Of a DNA stretch of 64,000 nucleotides, positions 27,256 to 39,040 are shown piece after piece. Origin of the DNA: Nemertoderma westbladi. Its lineage: Eukaryota > Animalia > Xenacoelomorpha. The stretch covers positions 62,001-126,000 of the forward strand of contig JAUCBJ010003564.1 in assembly GCA_032718475.1 (NCBI GenBank). Direction: 5' to 3'. The translations under genes and the position numbers were made by a program. The notes under the pieces were generated by a model, which did no database searches, was not told the origin of the DNA, and worked only from the letters and a program-made list of their open reading frames with translations. Position 1 is the first letter of the stretch; every line of letters begins with the position of its first letter.

Positions 27256-29613
27256 CTAATTCTGTTTTGAGGCAGGAGACAAATTATAATCTCCCGTCTC
27301 GATACGTGTCTCCTCTAATAACACGATATCTTGGACCGGTCGGTCCAAGGTGTGTAAACCATTAGTTTTACACTTCTTTGGGTGCGGACACTTGCACCTA
27401 ATTTTCACAGTGACTGTGCGCACTATGTTTTGCACGTCTGGGTGTGTGTGCAAGATCACTCCAGTCTCCCAATACTTTCTCTTGACAATCGGTTCGGTTA
27501 TCAATACGTAATCTCCCCTTTGGAGACTCCGAACCGTTTTGTACCACTTTGTTCTGGTGGATATGGTGGGAAGATAGTATTCCCGCCAATATTCCCAGAA
27601 TGTGTACGCTACTAATTGAGTCACTTTCCAGCTCTTACGACTATATAGGTCGGCACTAATGGGTTCTGATGCCGGCACAAGAAATGCTGGACTCTGCATT
27701 AGCAAATGATTCGGCGTTAATGCAACACCGTCTGGCAACATAGCTATCGGCCTCGAGTTTAGGGTATGCTCGATTTCAATGAAAGCTGTGACCAGTTCGT
27801 CGTCGGTAAGTTGTTTGTTCACAGGCAACGTTTTAGCAATGGCCTGCTTTACAGAGCGAACCAAACGCTCCCAACTTCCTCCTCTCCAAGGACTTTCTGG
27901 AGTATTAAATCTCCACTCTACTCTTTGCGGCAAAAGTGCTGCAGAAATTTCTTTATTCTGTGCCGCTTTATGAACTGCGTTCAACTCGCTATTCCCTCCG
28001 ACAAAGTTTGTACCCTTATCGGAGTAGAACGCCTTTACTAGTCCTCTCCTGGCCATAAATCTCTTTAAGGCCAGGAGCAGAGATTTGGTCGACATGTCTG
28101 CCACACGCTCAATATGTATGGCTCTACTAGCCATGCATGTCAGTAGCAGACCCCATCGCTTGTGGGTCAGCCGTCCACTCTTTGCCTCAATCGGACCAAA
28201 ACAATCCACCCCTGTGTTCGTAAAGGGTGGGTCATATGCCTGCACTCTCGCTTCCGGGAGTTCAGCCATCTCCTGTTCCAATACTCTGGCGTTCACTCTC
28301 TTGCAAACCAGACAGGCGTCGTACATAGTGCCTACTGCCCTGCTTGGCTGCAATAGAATGAATCGCTGTCTCGCTGCCGACAAACAGTGTAACCTTCCCG
28401 CGTGATGTAACCTCTTGTGTATATCCCATAGAATCGCTCTTTGCAATTCTATTGGGTGACTAGGGATTATCACTGGGAACCGAAACTGTGAGTTTATGTC
28501 GACAGTCTGGATTCTCGATCTATGACAAATCAAACCCTTATGGATTAATGGACTCCATTTTCTAAGGGGTTTATAGAGAACTGGTCGTTGAGCCGATAAT
28601 AGATGGAATTCTTTGGGGAAGGCACACATTTGATAATGTTTCAAATGCTTTAATTCCGCTTGATCAATCTCATCCTCTGTCAGAGGTTGTTTCAATTTCT
28701 GAATTCGCTCACTATTGGTGCTCAATGGTTCTCTCAAATGTTCCGAATGTTTTAAACAAAGGTACGAAACGTATCGGCTTAACCACACAGTTCTTTTACA
28801 AATTGTCAGCCAAGAGGCAGACGAATTTAGTAATTTGTCATAAACACTGCATGACTCTAATGCCAGCGACGGTTGTCCGCTAACCAATGGAAGTTTTGAA
28901 TCCAAACCCGCAGGTTTGGAAACCAAAGGCTCCATTGTGTCGGTCATTTTCTGTCCGTCACTTACCAACTGTGACTGTCGTCTAGTCTGTAAGGGTGGTT
29001 TTACGTCATAACTTACCCTTCCGGATCTAGTAGTCACGTAAGTCTGTTGGTCTGACAAGTCTCCGGGCCGCTCCAATGACTCTTCAGGCTGCTCCAATGA
29101 CTCTTCAGGCCGCTCCAATGACTTAAGTTTGGCTTTAGACTTTGACTTAGAGGCTTTCTCCACCTTGACTTCTGCATCTTCAGGCATCGGATTGGTCACT
29201 ATCTTTAGTCGCTCTGGCCAATGTTCCTGTGTCCTCGTTAGAAAATCAGGTCCATGCAACCAAAACTCCTGCGACTCTTCCTGACAGAATTCCGCCGGCA
29301 TTGCACCTCTCGAAGTTATGTCGGCCGGGTTCAACACTCCCGGACAATGTCTCCATTGTTCCTTCGTCGAAAAGTCAACTATCTGAGCGCGTCTATTGGC
29401 CACAAATGTCTTTAGTGCAATATTGTCGGCCGCAATGTATACTAACACCAAGGGTGCGTCCGTCCAATAGAATAAGGTCAATGTCGTGTCTAACTCCTCA
29501 GTTATCTGCTTACTTACCTCGACCGAAACTACTGCCGCCTGTAACTCTGCACGAGGGACAGTCATGTATTTGACCGGCATCATCTTTGATCTAGAAGTTA
29601 CAAAGGCCGTCTC
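27256..29613 (-). pseudogene. pol: pol 3' part: truncated RNase H, integrase (HHCC + DDE) and BEL C-terminal domain
   Basis: SRSKMMP...VPRAELQAA...YWTD...FVANR...WRHCPG..NPAD..SRG; H...HAG...CLVCKR; GVDCFGP, YSDKGTNFVG, PWRGGSWERLVRSVK; FWEYWREYYL...RPVQDIVLL. Confidence 0.93.
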
Positions 29614-32134
29614 AAACCCACTCTACGTCGGACAACCAAATTTTCCTCATGCACGCTCGTGCCTGTAATATTACCGGACTGATAAAGTTCATCGGGTCAA
29701 ATAGTCTACTTAATGTCGATAAGCAAATCCTCTTAGTCAAAACTTTGTCTGGGCTACTGGGCTCAAATCTAACTCTTACCTGGAACTTATCTGAGTTCGG
29801 GTTCCAAGCGAGTCCCAGTACTCGCGCCATGGGGATTGGTTCTACCCCCAATTCTATGTCTCCGCTCCCACGATCTTTCACCGGGAACGATTCTAATAAG
29901 GCCTCCGAGTTCGTAGTGAACTTGGTCAGAGGAAATCCCCCTGTAGCCAAGCACTCCTGCAGGCCGTGAGCCACTTCTATGGCTTGTTCCGCCGTGTCCT
30001 TGGACACCAATCCGTCGTCCATGTAGAAGTTTCTCAAGATGGACTCGATAACCTCTACTGGATACTTACCAATCTGGGCTGTTGCCGTTTTCTTTAAAAC
30101 GAACAGCGTGCCATTCGGACTATCGCGGGCGCCAAATATCCTAACGTACATTTGGTATGTAACCACTGGGCCGGATAAGTCTTCATTCTCGTACCAGAGA
30201 AAGCGAAGGCTATCCTGGTCTGCCTTACAGGCTCTTACCTGGTGGAACATCGCCTCGATGTCACAAGTAAATGCGAATCGCCACTGTCTAAAACGTAACA
30301 GTATTCCAATCAAATAGTTATTCAGGTTGGGACCATCCATCAACTCTGAATTCAGGGACATACCTCTATAGACTGCTGCACAGTCGTTGACTACTCGGAC
30401 TTTGTCTGGCTTGTCGGGGTGAGTCACATAATGGTGTGGAAGGTAATAAGTCTGGTCTGTCACTAAGTCAGGGTCCTCTACCTTCCCAGCAAATCCCTTG
30501 GCGAAATAGTTGTTGATCTGGGCGCAATACTTCTCCCTAATGCCTGGATTCTTCAACAACCGAGCCCTTACTCCGTTTAATCTTTTCAAGGCTAAGTTGT
30601 AGTTGTTCTCCAACTTAGGAGGTTGTCGACGCCACAACATTCCAACTTCAAAATGTCCAGTCGGTAGTAGACGTATGGTGTCTTCCATCATCTCCAGCGA
30701 CCGTTTCTCATCAGTAGACATGGCTAGGTCATATCCACCGGGTTCCATTGCGTCCCTATCCAGCCATTCGACGGTTCTGGCTCCTGTCTCGAGGTCCTGG
30801 CGTATCAATTCCTTCTGTAACTCCTCCTCACTGTACTGGAAAATGTCTAGGTCTCGATATTTAGCCACCTGACCCTCCACTATGTCGGTATAAGTCAAAA
30901 CGTTAGTCAAATAGGTAGCGTGGGCCGCTGAACCAGACCCACGGGTCTGATAACAGTAGTCCTCGGGTTCACTATCCGTCCGGTCATTATGAAGTGGTTC
31001 CGACAACCTAACATTATCGGGAATCAACTCCTCGTCCGACTCGCTAAAGTCACTATAATGGTCAATACAGGTTCTCCTAAACTCGTCTATGTCTGGTGGT
31101 TCTACTAACGGTGGTTGAGTTATAGGCTGTAATTCGTCATATCTGTCCATTGGCTTGTCGCCACCTGTAAACTCATAAGACATGGGTACTCTTGTATACC
31201 AACCTAATATAGTCCTATGGGCATGTGGTCCATTGACATGTGGCTCAGCTGGTCTCGTTTCCCATATCTGGTGTGCGATCAGCTGTTCTGCACCAATCAA
31301 CATAGAAACATTCCTATAACCTACCTGGTGTCTGGGTATCCTGAGCTTGTCAAAATACTCCTGTGCTATGGGACTCATCGGTGGCACCTTACCTAACTGC
31401 CTGCCGAATCCCTTCATAGCTAGACACTTAAATCCGTCCAATGGCAAAGCTTTCCGTTCTTGTCGAGTGTGTTGGTCTCTCGGAAGTAGGGAATCTAGTT
31501 CTACCGAAATTCTGTGTCCCTTGAGGTCACCTACCCCGTGCATAGACTTCAACTCTATTTGGATCTCCTCGGCGTCCTGGAAGCTAGAAACAGCTCTCGC
31601 CACTTCCTCGTCGATATAAGATAATGTGGACGCAGTGTCCAACATCACATATATTCGCTTTGATCCCTTATCGCCAGTAAGTTTCACCGGAATCACGCTA
31701 AATATTTCCGACGTGGCCGATGATAAATACGTCCGCGCGCTGGTCGATGAACTATCCGCGGTGAAACCTTGGCAGGTCACTTCTCTCGCGCTCGACTCGC
31801 CATCCTCGTCCGACGAACCTGGTTGGTAACCATCGTCCTGGATGCCGGTATACGTATTCCTCCTTATCGATACGGGTTCTTTGCTCCCCTTCCTGTGAGG
31901 ATTTCGCTGTAAGTAACGGTCCGTTGGGGTATGGAAATCCGCATGTAGCAACTTGTGATGTAGTCTGCCGCATTCCATGCATCCGTCCTTGCTGTTCGGG
32001 CACTGCCGCCGTACATGACCTGGCGCAAGACATGCCCAACAGGTGTCCAATGTCCGCACTTGAACTCTTCTCTGTTCCGAATTTAATTCTTTGAACCGTC
32101 TGCAACTATCTAACTTATGGTCGTCAGATCTTAC
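29612..32134 (-). pseudogene. pol: Nucleocapsid knuckles, aspartic protease and reverse transcriptase of the BEL element
   Basis: CWACLAPGHVRRQC and CMECGRLHHKLLH; protease MLDTASTLSYI; RT YYLPHHYV..KVRVVND..SLN..L..GP...DIEAMFHQV...FGARDSP...FYMDD...FDP. Same frame as gag, separated only by one TAG at 32135-32137. Confidence 0.93.
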
Positions 32135-35100
32135 CTACTTTAGTAAACAGTATTGGCAACCTACAAATCCATCCGGCAACTCCTGTTGCTTTAACCTGGG
32201 TCTATCTAACCGCTCACCTGACCATACTCGCGAGTCTGATCTAAAGGCTGGGGTACTCGAATTATATCTGTCTACTGAGTTAAATGTCACAGTGGTCCTG
32301 TCATCGTCAAAACTTACCATAGACTTACCGGTAACAGGTTTAGACTCTCTCATATTCTCCTCTGAGAAGTTTGATTTCATCTCTGCTACTGCGTCTGTGG
32401 CTATCATGTCATGAATATGCTGAAGTGTCAATACTTTACCTTGGCCCTCCAACTTATTCTCTAATTTGCGCCATTTCTGTCGATAACGCATGTTTAAACG
32501 TCTTATTACGCTCTTTAAGACTTCGGCGTGATCACCATGATGAGGTAGATTCACCGTCCTCAAGATGTCCAATGCGTTCGAAATAGCGTTCGCTAAGTTC
32601 AACAGCTCTAACGGAGTTGTAATCCTTCCGCCCTTACCCAAGTCTTCTACTATCGACTGCGCCATCTTGGTTTTATTCCCGTAGATGTCACTAAGCGTCT
32701 TCATTGCTAACTCGAATGCTCTTTCATTGCCGACGAAGTTGTCAGCAATGGCTCTAGGTTCTCGATGGAGCATCTGAAGCAAATAGTTGAACTTCTCGTT
32801 GGGAGTAAAGGTGCTGTTGGTTAGCTGCTCGTCGACATAGGTTTTGAAAGTCCTCCAATGCTTATGGTTGCCCATAAACTTCTGGGGTTGTTGCGTCGGC
32901 AGTCCTTGCCTAGCAGCAAACTTACCTATGTCCCTAAGGGTTGCGTCGTTCCGGGTTAACAAATGGTTTAGTTCCGCAGGGTTGTTAAGTCTGGTCCTTT
33001 CCCGGTGGTTCCAACTTACCTGCTCCGCGTCGGTCCTTCTTTCCTTATAGTTTCGGGACTTCTGACGTCTCATTTCTTCCTCTTCATCGCTTGACTCGGT
33101 GTCAGTCCTTAGCGCTCGCGATGATTTGCGCGCCGAGGCCCTGATCCAAGCCTCCTCAATAAATTTCTCGGCCGAATTTTCGAAATTGGGATTATGAATA
33201 TTCGGGACAGGCGTCCTTACCTGAGGTCTATGTGGTATAGTCTCCTCCGATATGCGTACTCGTTGACTAGGCTGGACTTTATCTAACTCAGGCCTGCTAG
33301 GATAAGAATTACTCCTTACCTGGGCTGCTTCCTTTAACCGTAGGTTGCTAAGCATGTCCGTTATAGGTTGGATGTGCGGCGATATAGCTTGCGCTAAACT
33401 AGCACTTAACTCATCCCTCGTAATAAATTCCTGGCTAGGGTTCTGTTGTATAGTCGGCTCTATCTGAGTAATCCGCTGTCTCTCATATGATCCCTCTTCC
33501 GGTTTAACCCGGAAGTTCTCCGTCGAACTGGGTCGGCGCTCCGTCCGCGTATTCCAAACCCGCGGGTTCGGTTCGCCAAGTACTCGTCCCGTTGGAGTTT
33601 CTTCTCTAAATTCTTCGTTGTCGCGTTCGGTATATAGTGGTGCTGTGTTCCGATGACGTAGATTCTGCGCGATAGGTGAAGCACTAATACCAACTGGCGT
33701 GCGATATGTAGAGAACGGTTTAGCGATCCGTGTACTCGTAATAGCTGGACCGGGTATAGGAATTCTGGTCGTCGTCGACTCGCGTATGGTCGGAGTTCTC
33801 GCTTCCTGTTCGGCCTTCTGCAGTGCGAACAGTTCTCGCAACTCTGTCCCTACACTCGCCCCACATTCTTCGATCATTCGCATCCCCTTCTCGGCGATTT
33901 CATTCGCCTTCCTAGTCCGTTCTTCGCTCTCTAAACTTAATCTCGCACTTTCCAACTGCGCCAGTTTACGTTCTTCTTCTTCCCTCGCTCGTCTCGCTGC
34001 GCCCTCTTCTTCCACACGCGCCCTTTCTTCATACAACGCTTGTTGCTCTTTCTCGATCTCGAGTTCGCGTTCCTTGCGTTCGCGTTCAAGTCGGAGTTCG
34101 CGTTCTTTCTGTTCGCGTTCAAGTCTGAGCTCGCGTTCTTTCTGTTCGCGTTCTTTCTGTTCGCGTTCAAGTTGGAGTTCGCGTTCAAGTTGGAGTTCGC
34201 ATTCCTTCTGTTCGCGTTCCGCTTGCCCACGCTTACCTTTCTCTTCCAGCTCGCGCAACTTCGCATCTAACTTACGTGTTCGCTCCCTTTCCCGCTCAGC
34301 TTCCTTCCGTGCTTCCGATGCACGCAAAACTTCCGCCTGTTGTTCGTCCAGTCGGCGTCTTCTCTCCTCCGCCGAGTTGTGCGAAACAAGGGATCTAGCA
34401 CATATAACCTTACCTCGCGCGTGACTAACCTGGGAATCGCCACTGTCTCTGGATGCGTCGTCGGGTGGAGTCAACGTCCTCTGTTGGATGTTCTCCGTCG
34501 TCGGTAGCACCTGGCCTGGTACCACCACTCCATTCTGCATCAGCCAGCTAGTAACTTCCCTCTGATAACGGCGCTCTTCTTTGTCTTGGATCTCTTCTCG
34601 CTCCACTAAGTCTCTCAACTCTGCATCACTCACCTGAGTCGCCTGCGTATGTGATGCCCATAGCAGCCAGTTCTCCGTCCTAACTCGTCGGAATCGCTCC
34701 GATAACTCGCGGTGCTCCAACAAGGCTGCTAAAACCCTGTCGTAAATCCTCGTCGCCACGTCGCTCGACTGAGACTCTACTGCCTTCTTCGCTAGGACTG
34801 CAAGCTCCTCCGTCTGCTTGAATAACGCTGAGTTATATCCTCTTCTAATCTCTACTAACTCTACCCTCCCGATGTTCGCTGAGTCAGCTAACATCTTCCT
34901 TACCTTGTCCGTCGTCCGAGTTATATGTCCGGCATGCGCGCGAAGTTTCTTCTTTATCGCAATATCAAGTTCTCTCTCGCTTACCTGACTCACACTTGGT
35001 GGACTTGAAGGAATATTTCGGGAACTACGGGTACTCCTAACAGCCGTCGGGACCACGGCACTTACCATACCCACAGGTCTGGAAACCGGGCTCCGGGCTC

Positions 35101-35380
35101 TCGCTTCTGCTACACTACTCTCCCTATCACTCACCTCTGTCTGGGCTGCCGTACAGTCCTTCCTTACAGTAGCGGTAGGGGATCCTAATACTATTACTTG
35201 AGGTTGTTGTTCTTCCTCACTAGTCACTGTCTCGTCCTCCTGTTCACTTACGTCAGCGTCGCTCGCTGCGTCGTCATAGTCGGCATTGTCATCAACAGTA
35301 ATGTTTACGCTATCGTCAGTCGGCGGTCCAGCCGCCGTCTCATAGCTGTCCTCTAGTGCCTCCTTGTCTGAGACACTCAT
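32135..35380 (-). CDS. gag: Gag of the BEL element with long acidic and coiled-coil N-terminal extension
   Basis: 1081 aa; BEL capsid-like motif LP....KFMGN...WRTF...EKFNYL...A...L...YGN; ERE-rich heptad repeats; ends inside the first zinc knuckle (CQYC). Confidence 0.9.
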   Translation of the reverse strand: MSVSDKEALEDSYETAAGPPTDDSVNITVDDNADYDDAASDADVSEQEDETVTSEEEQQPQVIVLGSPTATVRKDCTAAQTEVSDRESSVAEARARSPVSRPVGMVSAVVPTAVRSTRSSRNIPSSPPSVSQVSERELDIAIKKKLRAHAGHITRTTDKVRKMLADSANIGRVELVEIRRGYNSALFKQTEELAVLAKKAVESQSSDVATRIYDRVLAALLEHRELSERFRRVRTENWLLWASHTQATQVSDAELRDLVEREEIQDKEERRYQREVTSWLMQNGVVVPGQVLPTTENIQQRTLTPPDDASRDSGDSQVSHARGKVICARSLVSHNSAEERRRRLDEQQAEVLRASEARKEAERERERTRKLDAKLRELEEKGKRGQAEREQKECELQLERELQLEREQKEREQKERELRLEREQKERELRLERERKERELEIEKEQQALYEERARVEEEGAARRAREEEERKLAQLESARLSLESEERTRKANEIAEKGMRMIEECGASVGTELRELFALQKAEQEARTPTIRESTTTRIPIPGPAITSTRIAKPFSTYRTPVGISASPIAQNLRHRNTAPLYTERDNEEFREETPTGRVLGEPNPRVWNTRTERRPSSTENFRVKPEEGSYERQRITQIEPTIQQNPSQEFITRDELSASLAQAISPHIQPITDMLSNLRLKEAAQVRSNSYPSRPELDKVQPSQRVRISEETIPHRPQVRTPVPNIHNPNFENSAEKFIEEAWIRASARKSSRALRTDTESSDEEEEMRRQKSRNYKERRTDAEQVSWNHRERTRLNNPAELNHLLTRNDATLRDIGKFAARQGLPTQQPQKFMGNHKHWRTFKTYVDEQLTNSTFTPNEKFNYLLQMLHREPRAIADNFVGNERAFELAMKTLSDIYGNKTKMAQSIVEDLGKGGRITTPLELLNLANAISNALDILRTVNLPHHGDHAEVLKSVIRRLNMRYRQKWRKLENKLEGQGKVLTLQHIHDMIATDAVAEMKSNFSEENMRESKPVTGKSMVSFDDDRTTVTFNSVDRYNSSTPAFRSDSRVWSGERLDRPRLKQQELPDGFVGCQYCLLK

Positions 35381-36571
35381 AGTCTAAATAATGTTTGCCT
35401 TCCGGCAAAAATATCTCGCAAAAGTTCGAGATATAATTATAATTTAACCGAAAATACGGTCAAATTAATTGTCAAATAATCAGTTGGTCCAAAATGTCAA
35501 AATAAATTCGCAATGCAATATTGTGAATTTAATGGGGTATATAGTTATAGCAAATACTAGCACAATATTTAAACAAAAATATTATTATATAGCTACTATA
35601 TAGTATTAAATACCGGTATAGCACAAAATAACTTTGAATCTAATACAAAATATTCAAAATATACTTGCCGCCCGAATATTTCTAATTTTATACATATATA
35701 GCTCTAATCAACGTAATTTTAATTTCAAATATTATATGTATCCACTAGCGCGTGGCTACATCTTCGGGTTGCGACTCTCTCTAACTCTCTCTCTAACTTG
35801 AGCGATTCAAAAAACCATGGCCGGCTAAACCTAAATATCCTAACTAATAAATTGAGTTCAGCTTCGCAGTTAAACAACCGATAATTTTTTACTGCTTCCA
35901 CAAACACAATGGTGCCAACAGAACAACTAACCTTGTTTGCTGTGAGATTCCACGTCCGCGTCCAAAGATTCAGGCCCTTCGCTGATTGCAAACCGAACCC
36001 GCAGACCCACACGAACCCCAAACTCAGAAGTTCCGTCTTGCCATGTATCTCCAGATGGTATAAAATAACTAAGCGGTTACCTAACATACCGGTACAAAAC
36101 TCTAGAATTTTACAAAATAATTTTGACCGAAACTGAATTCTCGCAAACCTAGCTAATAATTTTCAAAAAACTTACTAATTACAATTGCCCTAAGGCCTAA
36201 GGAACTGCTGTATTCGCAATTAGTAAAACGCACTACTGTACATCCACTGTATGCAGTACAGTAAGTAAAACAGTACACCAACCTAACAGCCTAATGATAC
36301 TGTGTGTGGTACGGCAAAACAAATGTCCTTTCTACCGTACGCAGTAACAGCAATCAGCCTAATGTACTACTGTACTATTGTACGCAGCCAGTGAATACAG
36401 TAATCTAAACTAACAGCCTAAAATACACTATGTGTTCTACCGTACGCTAGCCTATAGCCTACAGCAGACGATCACGTGCTCCAACTTATTACTTAATACT
36501 GTGATACTACTAATCAGCCTAAGAATACTCTATTGACCGCTGCAAGCAACAGCCAGTAATACGCATATTAC

Positions 36572-38750
36572 TGATAAACAACCGCGACCTCTATACTAAC
36601 AGCAGAACTGTTGAACAGACAAATACCCGTTAATATCCTTCTGTCAACCTAATAAGTTCTCGTCTAACCAATAAGACACAAAGACTGCTCTACTGTTAAG
36701 TAAAGGGGATCAGGAGCGTGCTATTACTAAATTGTAAGGGTTGCTAAATACAAAACCGCTACTTACCGTTGGATGGCGCTAATCTGCCGTCCGCTAATAT
36801 ATTTTACTAAATTTACACAACTCCTGCAAAATCGCTTGTTCCTTTCTCTACCGATTGCTCGATAGAGAGCTAACTGTTCGAATCTATGAGCCACGCAAAC
36901 AATAAACCCGAGTCGGCTCCCTGAGCTTACTTAAGACGAGTGCGAGAGGCCTTGCACTCAGAGTATTCTTACGCCTAATCCTATCACTATTAAAACACGC
37001 TATTGTCTACGTCTTTTCTAATCGCGAATACTGGGGGTTCTCTAACGTAATGTGTGAATGCGAGAATATTTAAATAATCAAATGATACAGTAATTGTTTC
37101 TACGTGGATAGTACCGCTCTGGGTCTAAACTTGCCTGCCGCTGGCTTTAGGCCAGCAAATTACTAGCGTATTGTGCGTACCGAATAGTGCGATCTAGCTG
37201 ATTGCCCGCTAATGCAAATAACCGCTCAGCGTGAATAGTTTACAGTACTCTAATTATTACCTTAGCTACTCTCCGCTATGCTGCGTACTAATTCTTAATT
37301 TTTTACTAATCAATTACAGTCACAAATATGTAACAGCGTACTAATTACTAAGAGTTCCAGAATGCGTAATTCTAATTTATTACGCAACATGTTTCGCTAG
37401 TAATAGCCTAAATTGCCGTATTACTTTGACCTAATCAGTAACTAATTGTTGTAACTAAGAAATAGAAATCAATCAAAGAGAAAAGAGCGCCTACCTAAAC
37501 ATTCACAATCATTGGCACACTTCAGTAACACACCAATCAGCGTCAGCAATCACAGTTCGCAATTATGCAGTTAACTACTGTATAGCCCACAATTATGCGA
37601 CTCACTATTCGTACTCCACACTCAACGTTGTAATACGCGCAGGCCTCTCCCGGATACATCTAGGTTTCCTAACTAACCCGATTCCTGCCCCCCTAATACT
37701 AAATAGAGACAAAACCTGGATCATCAGCCCCCTAGTTACTGTATCGGCGAATGATCTGCGTGTTACAGTGCAATTGCCCGCCCGCAACGGTGACCCCCGC
37801 CAGCGTTGCCCGCTTTGAATCCTCCGCTCTCCCCTAGTCGCTCAACCCCCCGATGTGCCCACCGCCCACTGGCACCTTAGCCCTCCATTATGCTAATAGC
37901 TACCGTAGCGGCGCATGCAAATCACAAAGTCTGACAGTCTCAGAAATCCCTTAGGATTATTGCGCAGAAAGGAATCACATAGAACCATTAATCAAAAGGT
38001 AGAAATCATAGTTCCAGTTGTAATTAGCAGTAATCGAAGGAATTAATTGAGAAACACAATCAAGAGTAATCGCACTAGCAAATCATTTCAAGAAATTAAT
38101 CAAAATTAGCAAATTGCAGAAAATACGCTAAAATATCCGTCAAAGGTGAATAGAGACAGCTCAGCAAGTACAAAGGTGATAGCAGGTAAGGCTCTACCGG
38201 CACACCGCCAATTTATAGGTGATCCGGATGGGGTGATGCAATAGGGTGACTCAATCGCTCTCCCATTGGCTCTCCAGTCCGCGCTAGCATTAGACCAACC
38301 TGGAAGCAGTTAGTCCAATAAGGAGGCCGGATTGTAGCCCTATTGCCCTCAAATTATTACCATATATGGTAATGGATCATGTTCCTGGCTGCTGAATGGC
38401 CAGGACAGCGTCCCTATATGCTAGCCCTATTGAAGCTAATATCAGCAAGCACAAAAAATCCAGGGTCCGACTAAACTTGCTACCCTGGAACTATCTACAT
38501 ATATCCTAATACAAAATTACGTAGGTAGGGCTACATACTATACAAAATGGATGGATTCAAAATATATGGGCGTTTCGATTTCCCTATCTAAATATCATTG
38601 CGTTATTATGCCTTATCTAAAATATTATGCTGCACAACGGACTAATATTACATACAGTATAACGGACTAATATTGTGTACAGTATAACGACTAATATTGC
38701 ATACTGCATAATGACTAATATATGTGGATACAGCGCCATATACCGTAACA
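36572..38750 (-). repeat. 5' LTR (2179 bp)
   Basis: Direct repeat of 20122-22311; minus strand reads TGTTAC...TTATCA. Confidence 0.97.
38211..38369 (-). promoter_or_regulatory. Candidate LTR Pol II promoter
   Basis: TATAAAT at 38217-38211, AP-1-like TGACTCA at 38247-38253, CCAAT at 38269-38265, CArG box CCATATATGG at 38360-38369. Spacing is plausible for U3, but these are motif matches only. Confidence 0.5.
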
Positions 38751-39040
38751 GGTCGAATTGGCATGTTGAACAATAATATTAATGTATTACATGTAATGTT
38801 GTTACCAAAATTATGGAGTTAACGGGACATCCCAAAAAGGGAATTTTCTGCCCTCTCAGCCCAATTTTCTTGCTATTTTGAAAAATGAACGGAACTGCTG
38901 ATAGCAATGCCCAAATAAAAATAGCTCTGGACCACTAATTCTTTGTCTTTGTAAAACCATTTTTTTTGGTAAATTTCACTCCTAATTCTGAATACAACAA
39001 TTTTTGACTTCGTGCGGTTAAGTTCAAGACCACAAAAATC
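38751..39040 (-). mobile_element. Old LINE RT fragment (continuation of 19560-20121)
   Basis: GLELNRTKSKIVVFR...KWFYKDKELVVQSYFYLGI...LILLFNMPIRP, with stops and frameshifts. Confidence 0.8.

Larger units (their letters stand above)
20122..38750 (-). mobile_element. Full-length BEL/Pao LTR retrotransposon, 18,629 bp, with extra 3' ORFs
   Basis: Two ~2.18 kb direct repeats with TG...CA ends; 5-bp TSD GGTCG at 20117-20121 and 38751-38755; order gag (3 CCHC)-PR-RT-RH-IN with BEL-specific motifs. Confidence 0.97.

Noticed and set aside
33699-34424. 241-aa antisense S/R-rich ORF
   Set aside because: Mirror of the ERE-repeat coiled coil of gag; no independent evidence.
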